Shown one piece after another: positions 10,010 through 20,018 of a stretch of 64,000 bases of DNA. The stretch is from SAR202 cluster bacterium. Its GTDB lineage: Bacteria; Chloroflexota; Dehalococcoidia; Lucifugimonadales; UBA826. The stretch covers positions 7,506 to 71,505 of the forward strand of contig VFFS01000089.1 in NCBI GenBank assembly GCA_009392815.1, given 5' to 3'. Position numbers and translations under genes: made by a program. The notes beneath the pieces were generated by a model, which did no database searches, was not told the origin of the DNA, and was given only the letters and a program-made list of their open reading frames with translations. Position 1 is the stretch's first letter. Each line of letters starts with the position of its first letter.

Positions 10010-11401
10010 ATGTCTTCTGGTGTTGAATCAAACAATCCAGAGTTTAGAAAACTAAATATCCAAATTAGTGATTTCACGAGTTCCTTGCATTATGACCGCC
10101 GTCTGTATAAGCAGGACATTGCAGGGTCGTTGGCGCACGTTTCTATGCTCGGGAAACAAGGAATCATTCCTAATGAGGAAGCCAGGCAAATCAAGTCTGG
10201 ACTTCATTCAATATTAACGGAGATTGAAGAAGGTACATTTCCCTGGAGAACCGAACTAGAAGATATTCACATGAATATTGAACGAAGGCTTTTTGACAAG
10301 CTTGGTCCCGTAGCGGGAAAACTCCATACTGGTAGATCACGCAACGACCAGATAGCTCTAGACCTTAGAATGTATGTAAAGGAATCTTGTGAGGGAATCA
10401 CAAAGCGCTTAGATCTGTTGCAGAAAACCCTTCTGGAACTAGCAGAGACTCACATCCAGACGATCATACCTGGATACACTCATTTACAGAGAGCTCAACC
10501 TGTTCTACTTTCCCATCATTTTCTGGCATATTTTGAGATGTTTCAGAGGGATAAAATACGGTACGAAAGAGTGAAAGATTCAGCTGACGTGATGCCATTG
10601 GGAAGCGGGGCCCTCGCCGGTCTACCTTACCCGATAGACAGGGAATATGTCGCAAAAAAATTGGATTTCTCCTCTATCAGTGAGAACAGCATGGATGCCG
10701 TTTCCGACCGCGATTTTTTACTGGACTTTCACTCTGCTACCGCAACCTGTGGTATACACATATCCCGGTTATCCGAAGAGTTAGTTTTATGGAGTTCTGA
10801 AGAGTTTTCATTCATCACCATGGGAGATGATTACACGACTGGCAGTAGCATAATGCCTCAGAAAAGGAACCCGGATTTTGCGGAACTAGCTCGCGGTAAA
10901 ACAGGTCGTCTAATCGGCAACTTGGTAGCTCTCCTTACGGTGTTAAAAGGTCTTCCACTAACTTATAACCGGGATTTACAGGAAGATAAGGAAAGTTTTT
11001 TCGACAGCGATGACACTATAGTGGCCATATTAGATATATTTTCTGGCATGCTCGCGTCGTTACACGTAAACGAAGAAAATACACATTTAGCAACAGAAAA
11101 AGGTCTATTGCTTGCCACCGACTTAGCTGACTACCTCGTAGCCAAAGGATTAACTTTCAGGAAGAGTCATACAATAGTCAGCAAGCTAACAGACTACGTT
11201 TTAGAGCATCACAAAACTTTTTCTGAACTCACATTGAGTGAATACCAGGAGTTCTCAAATGAATTCGATAGTGAAGTCTTCAAGATAACGCCAGAGACGT
11301 CAATCGAGAACAGGCAAACTTATGGAGGAACAGCCACCTCTATGGTGTCAGACTCCATAGTTAGAGCCCACAAACGCTTGAAAAATACTAAACTCAATTG
11401 A
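10010..11401 (+). CDS. argH: Argininosuccinate lyase
   Basis: 463 aa. Fumarate-lyase signature GSSIMPQKRNPD; N-terminal region typical of ArgH (LHTGRSRNDQ). Confidence 0.95.
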   Translation: MSSGVESNNPEFRKLNIQISDFTSSLHYDRRLYKQDIAGSLAHVSMLGKQGIIPNEEARQIKSGLHSILTEIEEGTFPWRTELEDIHMNIERRLFDKLGPVAGKLHTGRSRNDQIALDLRMYVKESCEGITKRLDLLQKTLLELAETHIQTIIPGYTHLQRAQPVLLSHHFLAYFEMFQRDKIRYERVKDSADVMPLGSGALAGLPYPIDREYVAKKLDFSSISENSMDAVSDRDFLLDFHSATATCGIHISRLSEELVLWSSEEFSFITMGDDYTTGSSIMPQKRNPDFAELARGKTGRLIGNLVALLTVLKGLPLTYNRDLQEDKESFFDSDDTIVAILDIFSGMLASLHVNEENTHLATEKGLLLATDLADYLVAKGLTFRKSHTIVSKLTDYVLEHHKTFSELTLSEYQEFSNEFDSEVFKITPETSIENRQTYGGTATSMVSDSIVRAHKRLKNTKLN

Positions 11402-11402
11402 A

Positions 11403-12065
11403 ATGCATATTTACCCTTCAATCCTCACAATAGACTTTTCAAAGCTAGAAGAGCAAATTGAAGACGCTGTCAGAGGCGGAGCTGACGGGATACATGTAGA
11501 TGTAATGGACGGACAATTCGTCCCTCCAATTACATTCGGCACCCCCATTATTCAAGCATTGCATTCACTCACGGATCTTCCACTAGATATCCACATGATG
11601 GTTGTCAATCCTGATAGGTTTTTGGAAGACTTCGTCACTGCTGGCGCGACCTCAATTACAGTACATTATGAAGCCCTGGACAGAGTGGATACTACACTAG
11701 ACAAGATAGCTGATCTGGGAGTGAAAACCTCCCTGGCCCTGAATCCAGAAACCACTATCGAGAAAAGCTACCCCTATCTTCATAGACTGGATCAGATTTT
11801 GCTCATGTCAGTTAAACCCGGATATGGGGGACAAAGTTTTATAAAATCTTCATTGGATAAAATACACCAACTGAAAAATAAAATAACAAACGAAGGACTA
11901 GAGACTGTTATCCAGGTCGATGGGGGAGTAAATCTGAAAACTATTACCAGCGTCGCTGAGGCGGGAGCAGACATAGTTGTGGCGGGAAGCGTGGTGTTTC
12001 AACCTGAGGTTAAGCCAAGTGAAAGTCTAAAACTACTCAAGGACAAAACCAGGAGCAATAATTGA
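11403..12065 (+). CDS. rpe: Ribulose-phosphate 3-epimerase
   Basis: 220 aa. HVDVMDGQFVPPITFG, MSVKPGYGGQ and VDGG motifs. Starts 1 nt after the argH stop. Confidence 0.92.
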   Translation: MHIYPSILTIDFSKLEEQIEDAVRGGADGIHVDVMDGQFVPPITFGTPIIQALHSLTDLPLDIHMMVVNPDRFLEDFVTAGATSITVHYEALDRVDTTLDKIADLGVKTSLALNPETTIEKSYPYLHRLDQILLMSVKPGYGGQSFIKSSLDKIHQLKNKITNEGLETVIQVDGGVNLKTITSVAEAGADIVVAGSVVFQPEVKPSESLKLLKDKTRSNN

Positions 12066-13087
12066 TAATTCTTGGGATAGAGACCTCATGTGATGATACC
12101 GCGATCGCCGTAGTAGAAGACGGGGTAAAAATACACTCAAATTTAGTCGCAGACCAGTCATACATGCACGAACGGTATGGTGGCATCATACCTGAAATAT
12201 CCGCTCGAGAGCATCTCACGACCATAATTCCAACAATAAACAGATGCCTAGACGAGGCATCCATACAAAGTCGGCAGATAGACGCTATTGCCGTTACCCA
12301 CGGTCCAGGGCTAGCAGGCTCCCTTTTAGTGGGTGTTAACGCCGCTAAGGCCCTGGCTTATTCTTGGGAAACTTCCCTAATCGGCATCAATCATCTGGAA
12401 GGACATATTTACTCTGCTTGGCTGGAAAATTTGTTTGAAAATTCCCAAGTGGCGTTTCCTTTACTTTGCCTGATTGCTTCTGGCGGTCATACAGAACTTG
12501 TATTAATGAGGAACCACTTAGACTACGAGTTAATAGCCAAAACCAGAGACGATGCTGCCGGTGAAGCATTCGACAAAGTCGCAAAGGTATTGGGCTTAGG
12601 GTTTCCGGGAGGCCCAATTATTGAAAAGGAAGCTGAACAGGCTAATGAAATTGATTTTCAGTTTCCCCGGCCGACAGTAAAAGGATCGTTGGATTTCAGC
12701 TTCAGTGGATTAAAAACTGCAGTTGCTCGTAAAGCGGAGTCAGATGGATTCTACCCACAAAATGCCGAAAGACCTCCGACAACCACAGAAGTGCAAGAAT
12801 ATGCGGCAGCTTTCCAGCAAGCTATAACGGACTGTCTTGTCCAAAGGACCATAAAAGCGGCCAAGGAGCATTCGGTTTCAGGCATAATACTAGGCGGTGG
12901 CGTAGCGGCTAATGGCTTCCTAAGAAAAGCAATGACGAAAGCAAGTTCTGTCCCTGTAATTGTCCCAAAGCCATCTCTCTGCACAGATAATGGGGCAATG
13001 ATCGCATCTGCGGCCTATTTTCACACTCAGGAACTAGGAAGCTACGATTGGTCTTTGGATGCCATCCCCAACCTAAAATTAAGTTAG
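12062..13087 (+). CDS. tsaD: tRNA N6-adenosine threonylcarbamoyltransferase
   Basis: 341 aa. ILGIETSCDDTA and NHLEGHIYSA motifs. TTG start overlaps the rpe TGA by 4 nt; AGGAG lies 6 nt upstream. Confidence 0.95.
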   Translation: MIILGIETSCDDTAIAVVEDGVKIHSNLVADQSYMHERYGGIIPEISAREHLTTIIPTINRCLDEASIQSRQIDAIAVTHGPGLAGSLLVGVNAAKALAYSWETSLIGINHLEGHIYSAWLENLFENSQVAFPLLCLIASGGHTELVLMRNHLDYELIAKTRDDAAGEAFDKVAKVLGLGFPGGPIIEKEAEQANEIDFQFPRPTVKGSLDFSFSGLKTAVARKAESDGFYPQNAERPPTTTEVQEYAAAFQQAITDCLVQRTIKAAKEHSVSGIILGGGVAANGFLRKAMTKASSVPVIVPKPSLCTDNGAMIASAAYFHTQELGSYDWSLDAIPNLKLS

Positions 13088-13091
13088 TCAC

Positions 13092-13589
13092 TTAACGAGG
13101 AGAAAATATGCGCTCCTCGAATTTATTCTGGGTAGGCTGATCCTCGCCCGTCCCTACCAGCAAAGATTCAACGAACTCCGAAAACCTCTCATAGTTACTT
13201 TCGGATCCCATCCTTAATCTTATTTCCGCTGTTTGTGTTGTGATGACTATAGACACACCAGAATCGCTCGTAAAATGTTCATACAAGAAATACAAGACTG
13301 CTAAACTCGTTATTATAATCGCGCCCAGTCCAACCAGCGGGCTGTCTACTCCAAAGTAAATTAAGCTCCCCAACAGGACAGATAAAATTACCCAGACAAG
13401 AGTTGATAGGCTCGATTTTGAAGAAGAGTCAATATGGGCTGAAGCTATATCTCGAGTTTTGAGAGTGCCAAATTGCCGGACATTTTTCTCCCCTATGAAA
13501 TAGTGGAGGATTTCACCATCAGTGGTAAGAAAATTTGGCTCTTTACTACTACCATCAGCAAAAATCGTACTATCTAATTTGGATGGCAA
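13092..13589 (-). CDS. Hypothetical membrane protein (two central TM helices)
   Basis: 165-aa ORF with hydrophobic stretches LSTLVWVILSVLLGSLIYFG and LVGLGAIIITSLAVLYFLY. No recognisable catalytic motif. Coding status rests on ORF length and the lack of a competing ORF. Confidence 0.5.
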   Translation of the reverse strand: MPSKLDSTIFADGSSKEPNFLTTDGEILHYFIGEKNVRQFGTLKTRDIASAHIDSSSKSSLSTLVWVILSVLLGSLIYFGVDSPLVGLGAIIITSLAVLYFLYEHFTSDSGVSIVITTQTAEIRLRMGSESNYERFSEFVESLLVGTGEDQPTQNKFEERIFSPR

Positions 13590-13723
13590 AACTTACAATC
13601 CCTTTCATTTAAGACATATGACCAACATTTAAATCGCTCTTTCTCACTTTACCAAATGGTGTACCGAATAGCATTACTTGGTATAGTTACCTAAATTAGA
13701 TGTTTTGGGAAAGGAAATTTTCT

Positions 13724-14716
13724 ATGGAACGTCCTGTTTTCAAGCCCCTTGGATCATCCGTTTATGACCTAGATACTCCATCTCTTTTTGTGATTCGGGA
13801 TCGTGTGCTGGCAAATGCTGAAACGTATCGAAATCTAGTATCAAAAGCGGGTAAGCGTCTTACCCCTAATGCCAGTACCCATCGTACTCCTGCACTCTCC
13901 CGTCTCTTAAATCAGAACGACATTTACGTCAATACTATATCGGAGGCCATTGCGTTCTCTAATGTAATCTCTGGTCAGCTGACAATTGGCAGACCCTTTA
14001 ACTCTTCTCAGCTTCAAAGCATACTGGCCATTTCGTCGGTAACCCCTATCAGAATAGTTGCTTCATCCGAGCAACAGATCTCAGAAATGGCGGCTCTAAT
14101 CCAGGGCAAAGCCGAAAACATATCATTTGTTTTGAGAGTTTCTATAACGCCCGAACAAAGGGGAACACCCATCGGTCAAATCAACGAAACCGAAAAGCTG
14201 ATATCTGGCCTTTGGGTTTCAGACATTGGAATAGCTGATCCTAAACAGCAACTGACTAGGATATGTATGGAATTATCCCAACATAACATTCCACTTGTCA
14301 TAGAAACCTGTATGTTTCCAGATACCTATACCCTTAACTTAGACGTGGATGAGATAGTTGATGGGTCCCATCCATTTATAGGAGCTTCCGACTACTGCGT
14401 GGGTGTGATAAGTTCGGTTGTCAGTGCTCCAGAGCCTGGCAAAGCATTTTTGGATTGTGGGCAAAAGGCAATATCTACCGATGGAGGAGTGCCTACCGTT
14501 GTGGGAAATTCATCTTTTACCTTGGAAAAAATGAGTGCAGAACATGGTTTTCTTCTTTGGGAATCGAATGAATCGTCCGTATCACTTGGGGAATCGATAA
14601 TACTAAAACCAGCGTCCATAAGTGATACTTTCAACCTCTATGATTATCTCAATATTGTGGAAAGTGAAGTCCTTGTAGGCCTAATGGAAATCCAATGTCG
14701 AGGGGCATATAGTTAG
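13724..14716 (+). CDS. DSD1/D-threonine-aldolase-like protein (alanine racemase fold), degenerate paralogue lacking the PLP lysine motif
   Basis: The ORF opens at ATG 13700, but ATG 13724 has AAAGGAA 7 nt upstream. It aligns with the downstream paralogue (DTPSLFVI vs PTPSLLID; C-terminal FLDCGQKAIS..SAEHGFL). The expected HxKxxK motif reads NASTHR. Confidence 0.6.
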   Translation: MERPVFKPLGSSVYDLDTPSLFVIRDRVLANAETYRNLVSKAGKRLTPNASTHRTPALSRLLNQNDIYVNTISEAIAFSNVISGQLTIGRPFNSSQLQSILAISSVTPIRIVASSEQQISEMAALIQGKAENISFVLRVSITPEQRGTPIGQINETEKLISGLWVSDIGIADPKQQLTRICMELSQHNIPLVIETCMFPDTYTLNLDVDEIVDGSHPFIGASDYCVGVISSVVSAPEPGKAFLDCGQKAISTDGGVPTVVGNSSFTLEKMSAEHGFLLWESNESSVSLGESIILKPASISDTFNLYDYLNIVESEVLVGLMEIQCRGAYS

Positions 14717-14737
14717 CGAGTTTTAGGAGTCTGAACT

Positions 14738-15835
14738 GTGATTAATACTAGACCAAATATTGGAGACAGCGTAGATCAAATCCCTACGCCTAGTTTATTG
14801 ATAGATGTTCCTGCTATGGACCATAATTTCTCTGTGATATCCCAAACATATGCCGGTAAAGTATGCAAAATGAGGCAGCACGCCAAGAATATTAAAAGTC
14901 CCGTGGTCATGCAAAGGCAAATAGATGCCGGGGGCACACTTAATGGTGTGTGTGCTGCAAAGGTTGCCGAGGCTGAAGTCATGGTGGAGGGAGGAATTCG
15001 GGACGTTTTGGTAACGTCTGAAGTCACATCCCCGGACAAGTTGCGCCGACTTGCTTCACTGGCAAAAATAGCTGATGTAAAGCTATGCATCGATAATCAG
15101 GACAATCTTGAACAAATCAGTCAGATCGCTTCAGATGCTGGTTGTGAAATTGGAGTACTTATTGAGGTAGACACTTCAATGGGAAGAGCCGGAGTTAGAA
15201 GCCCTGCTGAAGGTGTTGCCCTTGCTCGTAGAGCTACCGACCTTAATGGCGTCAAATTTATGGGAGTTATGAGTCACCAAACGGTGGATGGATGGGCAGA
15301 CCGTGAAACACGATTCACCGAGGGTCGCAGATATATAGAAATTTGCCTTGAAGTGAAAACTGCTATTGAAGGCTCTGGTATTCCGGTTGAGATGGTATCG
15401 TCCGGCGAAACCTTCACTTTCGATGTGGCTCCGGAAATTGAGGGAGTTACAGAAGTGGAGGGCGGAACCTACGCCTTAATGAGTGTGACAAATGGCTATA
15501 TGGAGGACTTCCAAATAGCCGCAAAAGTAATCACCACGGTTTTAGATGTGCGAGACGAATATGGTTTTATAGACGCGGGTGTTCAATGTCTAGGGGGCCC
15601 TCTAGGTGTTAAACCATCGGTGGAAGGTCATCCCGACATAGAATTCATCCGCATGGATGCAAGTGAATCCTGTTTGCGATCAAAAGGGCCTTTTCCGTTT
15701 GATCCCGGTGACAAGATTTTTCTTTTAAGCGCTCAGCAGGATATCCTCGTCAATCGATGGGACTCATTTGTTGCAATAAACGAGGGTGAGGTTGAAGCAG
15801 TATGGGATATACCGGCTAGAGGATGTCACCATTAA
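14738..15835 (+). CDS. DSD1-family PLP enzyme (D-serine dehydratase / D-threonine aldolase-like)
   Basis: 365 aa. TPSLLID..MRQHAKNIKSP (PLP-lysine motif), CAAKVAEAEVM and C-terminal beta-domain. GTG start with TAGGAG 8 nt upstream. Confidence 0.75.
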   Translation: MINTRPNIGDSVDQIPTPSLLIDVPAMDHNFSVISQTYAGKVCKMRQHAKNIKSPVVMQRQIDAGGTLNGVCAAKVAEAEVMVEGGIRDVLVTSEVTSPDKLRRLASLAKIADVKLCIDNQDNLEQISQIASDAGCEIGVLIEVDTSMGRAGVRSPAEGVALARRATDLNGVKFMGVMSHQTVDGWADRETRFTEGRRYIEICLEVKTAIEGSGIPVEMVSSGETFTFDVAPEIEGVTEVEGGTYALMSVTNGYMEDFQIAAKVITTVLDVRDEYGFIDAGVQCLGGPLGVKPSVEGHPDIEFIRMDASESCLRSKGPFPFDPGDKIFLLSAQQDILVNRWDSFVAINEGEVEAVWDIPARGCHH

Positions 15836-16478
15836 GAATTTTGAGAAGTCACCCGACGAGAAGTTTATCCTTTCCAAATGGCTTTTCGCAGAGTGGTACG
15901 ACTTCCTCAACTCAGTAGTGGAGCCTAAAGTTATTCCTCACAGGAAGTTAACAGCGGGGATGTGCACTGGCTCGGTGTTGGAGATAGGAGCTGGCACAGG
16001 AGCAAATCTAGAATATTTAACCCGTGCTAATAAAATCACGTTGTCCGAGCCTGACAAGTATATGCAGCGAAAGCTTGAGCCCCTAGCGTCCACATATTCC
16101 AAACCTGTTGAACTAATAGGAAATACTGGTGAATCTCTTCCTTTCAGGGATAATTCATTCGACTCGGTGCTCACGACTCTGGTTCTGTGTATGGTCCAAG
16201 ACGTTGACAAAGTAACGAAAGAAGCCTTTCGAGTTCTCAAACCAGGGGGCCGTTATTATTTTTACGAACATGTGGTAGCAGAGAAATTTACGGGAAGACT
16301 CCTACAAAAAATTTTAGATCCTGTATGGAAATGGGGTACAACTGGTTGCCATCTACAGCGGGACCTCATAAAAAGCATAAAAAATCTTCCGTACTCAAAA
16401 TTATGTTTAAGTAAATTCCAGTTCTCTTTAGGCATCCCGATAGTAATACCAAACATTATTGGCTATGTAGAGAAATGA
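15786..16478 (+). CDS. Class I SAM-dependent methyltransferase
   Basis: Motif I VLEIGAGTGAN and post-I/II region FDSVLTTLVLC..LKPGGRYYFYEH. Only GTG/TTG starts are available upstream of the conserved region, so the start and the 50-nt overlap with the previous gene are uncertain. Confidence 0.75.
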   Translation: MRLKQYGIYRLEDVTIKNFEKSPDEKFILSKWLFAEWYDFLNSVVEPKVIPHRKLTAGMCTGSVLEIGAGTGANLEYLTRANKITLSEPDKYMQRKLEPLASTYSKPVELIGNTGESLPFRDNSFDSVLTTLVLCMVQDVDKVTKEAFRVLKPGGRYYFYEHVVAEKFTGRLLQKILDPVWKWGTTGCHLQRDLIKSIKNLPYSKLCLSKFQFSLGIPIVIPNIIGYVEK

Positions 16479-16601
16479 TTAGATATGATGGGGTTCTATT
16501 GCCCTGAAATTTTCATCCTGTAAATATAGGCGTACAAAAGTGGGAGATGCACAATCACTTATCAGTGGAAAAACGATCCGGACTTAAGTTCAAAAAGTGA
16601 C

Positions 16602-17072
16602 ATGGACTATGTCCATGATTTGATCAAATCCCTCACAGATCGTATCTATACGCATCCTGATGACCATGAAGCAGTTTTCCTCAGGGGAAATGGTTATCTG
16701 GACTCAGGCCAATATGAGTTGGGTATAGCCGATTACACCGTACTAATAAATCTTCCAAACCCAGATGAACGCGCCTTCAACAACCGTGCCCTTTGTTGGA
16801 GAGGGTTAGGAAACGTTAAACAAGGATTGGAAGATTCCACTGCTGCCATCGATATAAATCCCAACTATCGTGATGCTTACAATAATAGGGGGATGCTACT
16901 AGCGGATATTGGCAAACATGGTCAGGCTATAAATGACTTTACCCGAGCTATAGAAATCGATCCTGATTACTGGTACGCATACAATAACCGGGCCCAATCT
17001 AACCTAATAATGGGTAATAAATCGGCTTCTTTTGAAGACTACGAGAAAGTAAGAACATTATTGGGACACTAG
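16602..17072 (+). CDS. Tetratricopeptide (TPR) repeat protein
   Basis: 156 aa with about four 34-residue repeats, e.g. AIDINPNYRDAYNNRGMLL and AIEIDPDYWYAYNNRAQ. Confidence 0.8.
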   Translation: MDYVHDLIKSLTDRIYTHPDDHEAVFLRGNGYLDSGQYELGIADYTVLINLPNPDERAFNNRALCWRGLGNVKQGLEDSTAAIDINPNYRDAYNNRGMLLADIGKHGQAINDFTRAIEIDPDYWYAYNNRAQSNLIMGNKSASFEDYEKVRTLLGH

Positions 17073-17098
17073 ATTCAATTTCCTCCACAGGTACAAGG

Positions 17099-18118
17099 CT
17101 AATCCTCCAAATCTGTTAGATGAAATAGTTTCTTTGAGGCAGCAGATCTCAGCGTCTTATATGGATCTATTGTTCTGGGACCATCATTCACCAAAGTGAT
17201 AGTGGCAGAGTCTCCTTCACGAATCACCAACGATCTCTCCCCGTCGAGGGCCACAGTTCTCGGGTGTTGATCTATTTTGACGCTCTCTCCAACACTAAAA
17301 ACACGGAAGTCGTCGTAGCCCACGTCTTGTAAATGCCCAGGCACAATGGCAGCCATTACCCTATATTTAGGATTGATATGATTGAGTTTGATGTGCAGGG
17401 CCTTGGCCTCCATTCGACTAATGGGATGAACACCTCCCCCTATGGCCGATAGTCCAATACTGTGAGGCTCCGCAATCGATAGGAAAAGATCGCTCACCGT
17501 ACTAATATCCCAAATGGCCCTCGCACCAACGTAGTGTTCTGAAGAGATTGCGACGTCCACCAAAGATATTTCGGAAAACCCGTCAGTATGCTGGATCGAC
17601 AATGCCTGATACTTAGGTACACATTCTTTGTCGGCCACCTGGCCTGTAGCGATAAACCCAGCAGCTAGACCTGCCAATGTACCTTCAATCATGTATGGAA
17701 ACACATTATTGGTTCCAGTTGACACAGGTAGAATCGGGACGTTCCCTATGTATTTACATGCAGCTCTGCTAGTGCCATCACCTCCAAGCACTACGATAGC
17801 TTTGACTCCAGAAGCCACCATTTTTTTGACCGAATCGATGGTGTCTGCCTCTTTATTTCGGATGAAAACTTCAAGGGAATCGAACTTTAATGAACCCTGA
17901 AATTCAGCCGCAGCACTGACAGCGAGGCGCCCATAGTCAGGCATAAGGAAAACATTCTGGACTCCGGATGCAGCAAGACCTGCATATATTCTTTTAAGGA
18001 TGTTGATCTTTTCCTGATTGGTAACTACGCGGCTCTGAGAAACTAACCTTCTAATATCCTTACCGGAAGACGGATTTGCTATTATTCCAACTGATACCAA
18101 AACAATCCCTTTATTCAT
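17099..18118 (-). CDS. ATP-NAD kinase / diacylglycerol-kinase-like family protein (AcoX-like)
   Basis: GGDGT motif (VVLGGDGTSRAA) and N-terminal NPSSGKD. The ORF track starts at TTG 18181. I prefer ATG 18118 (MNKGIVLVSVG..), which restores a 63-nt divergent intergenic region. Confidence 0.7.
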   Translation of the reverse strand: MNKGIVLVSVGIIANPSSGKDIRRLVSQSRVVTNQEKINILKRIYAGLAASGVQNVFLMPDYGRLAVSAAAEFQGSLKFDSLEVFIRNKEADTIDSVKKMVASGVKAIVVLGGDGTSRAACKYIGNVPILPVSTGTNNVFPYMIEGTLAGLAAGFIATGQVADKECVPKYQALSIQHTDGFSEISLVDVAISSEHYVGARAIWDISTVSDLFLSIAEPHSIGLSAIGGGVHPISRMEAKALHIKLNHINPKYRVMAAIVPGHLQDVGYDDFRVFSVGESVKIDQHPRTVALDGERSLVIREGDSATITLVNDGPRTIDPYKTLRSAASKKLFHLTDLED

Positions 18119-18181
18119 CAAGATATCCGGATTATAAAACAAGGCAAAAAATATATTGCCCTTCAACTCATAATTTAACAA

Positions 18182-18862
18182 ATGGCAAAGTACAAACCAA
18201 CAAAACTCCGCATCGAGAGAGCCAAAAGAGTTTCCGAAACATTATTGGCTAAATATGGAACTATCGAATGGGTTCCGAGATATAACGCTGGAGAAGAGCT
18301 TGTCTACACAATTCTCTCCCAGCACACATCTGATATTAACTCCGAAAGAGCATTCAAAAATCTCATGGATCACTTCAAAACTCTTGATGCCGTTGCTGAA
18401 GCCAATGTCAACGATATTGAAAATGTGATCAAAAGCGGAGGACTCGCTAAGCAAAAAGCGCCTAGAATCAAACGGGTGTTGAACGAAGTGAAACAGGAAG
18501 TTGGATCATTTGATCTCTCATTCCTAATGGAAATGCCTCTCGATAGCGCCAAAGAATGGCTTACGAAATTCAACGGGGTAGGGCCAAAAACTGCGGCGAT
18601 CATTCTTTGTTTTTCTTTTGGACTACCAGCCATGCCTGTAGATACCCATATTTTCCGGGTTGCTCGACGTCTCAGACTTATCGGACCAAAGATAAATGCC
18701 GAGAAAGCTCATGAAAGATTGGAACCAATTGTCCCTCCGGAAGAAGTTTTTCAATTCCATATGTACCTAATAAAACACGGCCGTGATATATGTAGCGCCC
18801 GATTTCCAAAATGTAACGACTGTACTTTGTGGGAACTTTGTCCGAGTTTTGGCAAAGTCTAG
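18182..18862 (+). CDS. Endonuclease III-like HhH-GPD DNA glycosylase with 4Fe-4S loop
   Basis: 226 aa. HhH GVGPKTAAIIL with Lys, VDTHIFRV Asp, and C-terminal CSARFPKCNDCTLWELC (C-x6-C-x2-C-x5-C). Confidence 0.85.
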   Translation: MAKYKPTKLRIERAKRVSETLLAKYGTIEWVPRYNAGEELVYTILSQHTSDINSERAFKNLMDHFKTLDAVAEANVNDIENVIKSGGLAKQKAPRIKRVLNEVKQEVGSFDLSFLMEMPLDSAKEWLTKFNGVGPKTAAIILCFSFGLPAMPVDTHIFRVARRLRLIGPKINAEKAHERLEPIVPPEEVFQFHMYLIKHGRDICSARFPKCNDCTLWELCPSFGKV

Positions 18863-18919
18863 GGCCAGTAATGTAAAATGGGGCGCCCACCATAATTGGT
18901 ATTCTAATAGGAGACTAGG

Positions 18920-19951
18920 ATGAAAGTCGGTATCATAAACGTAACAGGATACGCCGGGGCGGAACTAGCGAGAATCTTGCATAGGCATCCTGAAGTAGAA
19001 ATTTCTTCTGTGACTGGGCGAAGCGGTGCCGGAAGAAACCTAGGAGATGTTTTTCCTCATCTATCCGATATTGACATTCAAATTGATGCTGAATTGACAG
19101 GGAGCTTGGACTTTGTATTTTCAGCTCTTCCACATGCTGCAAGCGCCGAAGCATTAAGCGATATTATCGCCTCTGACATCAAAGCTGTTGATATCAGCGC
19201 AGATTTTCGGTTAAGGGATCTGGAAACATACACTGAATGGTACGGAGTAGAACATCCATGCCCCCAGTTCTTGGAGAAAAGTGTATACGGACTACCTGAG
19301 GTTCATAGAGAAGACATTGCGGAAGCTTCTGTAGTTGCGAACCCCGGCTGCTACCCCACAGCATCTATTCTTGGATTGCTGCCGGCACTCAGAAACGGAA
19401 TTATCGATGGCAATATAATTATTGACGCCAAGTCTGGGGTGTCTGGAGCGGGCAGGGGACTTTCAATAAAAACACATTTTTCCGAAGTAAACGAGAATGT
19501 AAGCGCATATGGCCTCGATGGCCACAGACATATGCCAGAGATTGAACAGGAACTCAATCTGGCATATGGAGCGCAGGTTGCATTAACTTTTGTACCCCAT
19601 TTAATTCCAATGACAAGGGGCATATTTGCGACATCATATTCGCAATTAACTGAGGAATTTCTATCCAATAATCATAATCCTGTAGAAGTTATTGATACTC
19701 TATACCGTGAAACTTATGAACAGGAAAAATACGTGGAAGTCACGGAGATCCCACCGTCTACCAAGCAGACTCTCGGTAGTAATCAGTGTGTAGTACATCC
19801 TAAAATCGATACAAGAACCGGACGGCTTGTCGTAGTGAGTTGTATTGATAATCTCGTAAAAGGCGCGGCAGGACAAGCAGTACAAAACATGAATATATTA
19901 TGCGGGTATCCGGAAAGCACGGGGATAGAACAATTACCTATCTATCCATAA
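18920..19951 (+). CDS. argC: N-acetyl-gamma-glutamyl-phosphate reductase
   Basis: 343 aa. NVTGYAGAEL Rossmann start, active-site NPGCYPTA, C-terminal DNLVKGAAGQAVQNMN. Confidence 0.95.
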   Translation: MKVGIINVTGYAGAELARILHRHPEVEISSVTGRSGAGRNLGDVFPHLSDIDIQIDAELTGSLDFVFSALPHAASAEALSDIIASDIKAVDISADFRLRDLETYTEWYGVEHPCPQFLEKSVYGLPEVHREDIAEASVVANPGCYPTASILGLLPALRNGIIDGNIIIDAKSGVSGAGRGLSIKTHFSEVNENVSAYGLDGHRHMPEIEQELNLAYGAQVALTFVPHLIPMTRGIFATSYSQLTEEFLSNNHNPVEVIDTLYRETYEQEKYVEVTEIPPSTKQTLGSNQCVVHPKIDTRTGRLVVVSCIDNLVKGAAGQAVQNMNILCGYPESTGIEQLPIYP

Positions 19952-20018
19952 ACACAAAGGAAACCCACTTTGCTTCTACTCATTTAAATAATAGAATTAA
20001 TACTCTGCCTACATGCGC

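Noticed and set aside
11581-11600. DnaA-box-like ATATCCACA
   Set aside because: It is a single 8/9 match inside rpe coding sequence, with no cluster of boxes or AT-rich unwinding element nearby.
18119-18181. TTG-initiated extension of the NAD-kinase-like ORF, giving a 0-nt gap to the divergent nth-like gene
   Set aside because: It would leave no promoter or RBS space for either gene. ATG 18118 gives the conventional N-terminus (MNKGIVLVSVG..NPSSG).
19881-19910. dif-like core GAATATATTATG resembling Firmicute XerCD sites
   Set aside because: It lies inside the conserved C-terminal coding region of argC (..QNMNILCGYP..), and the flanking arms do not match a dif consensus.
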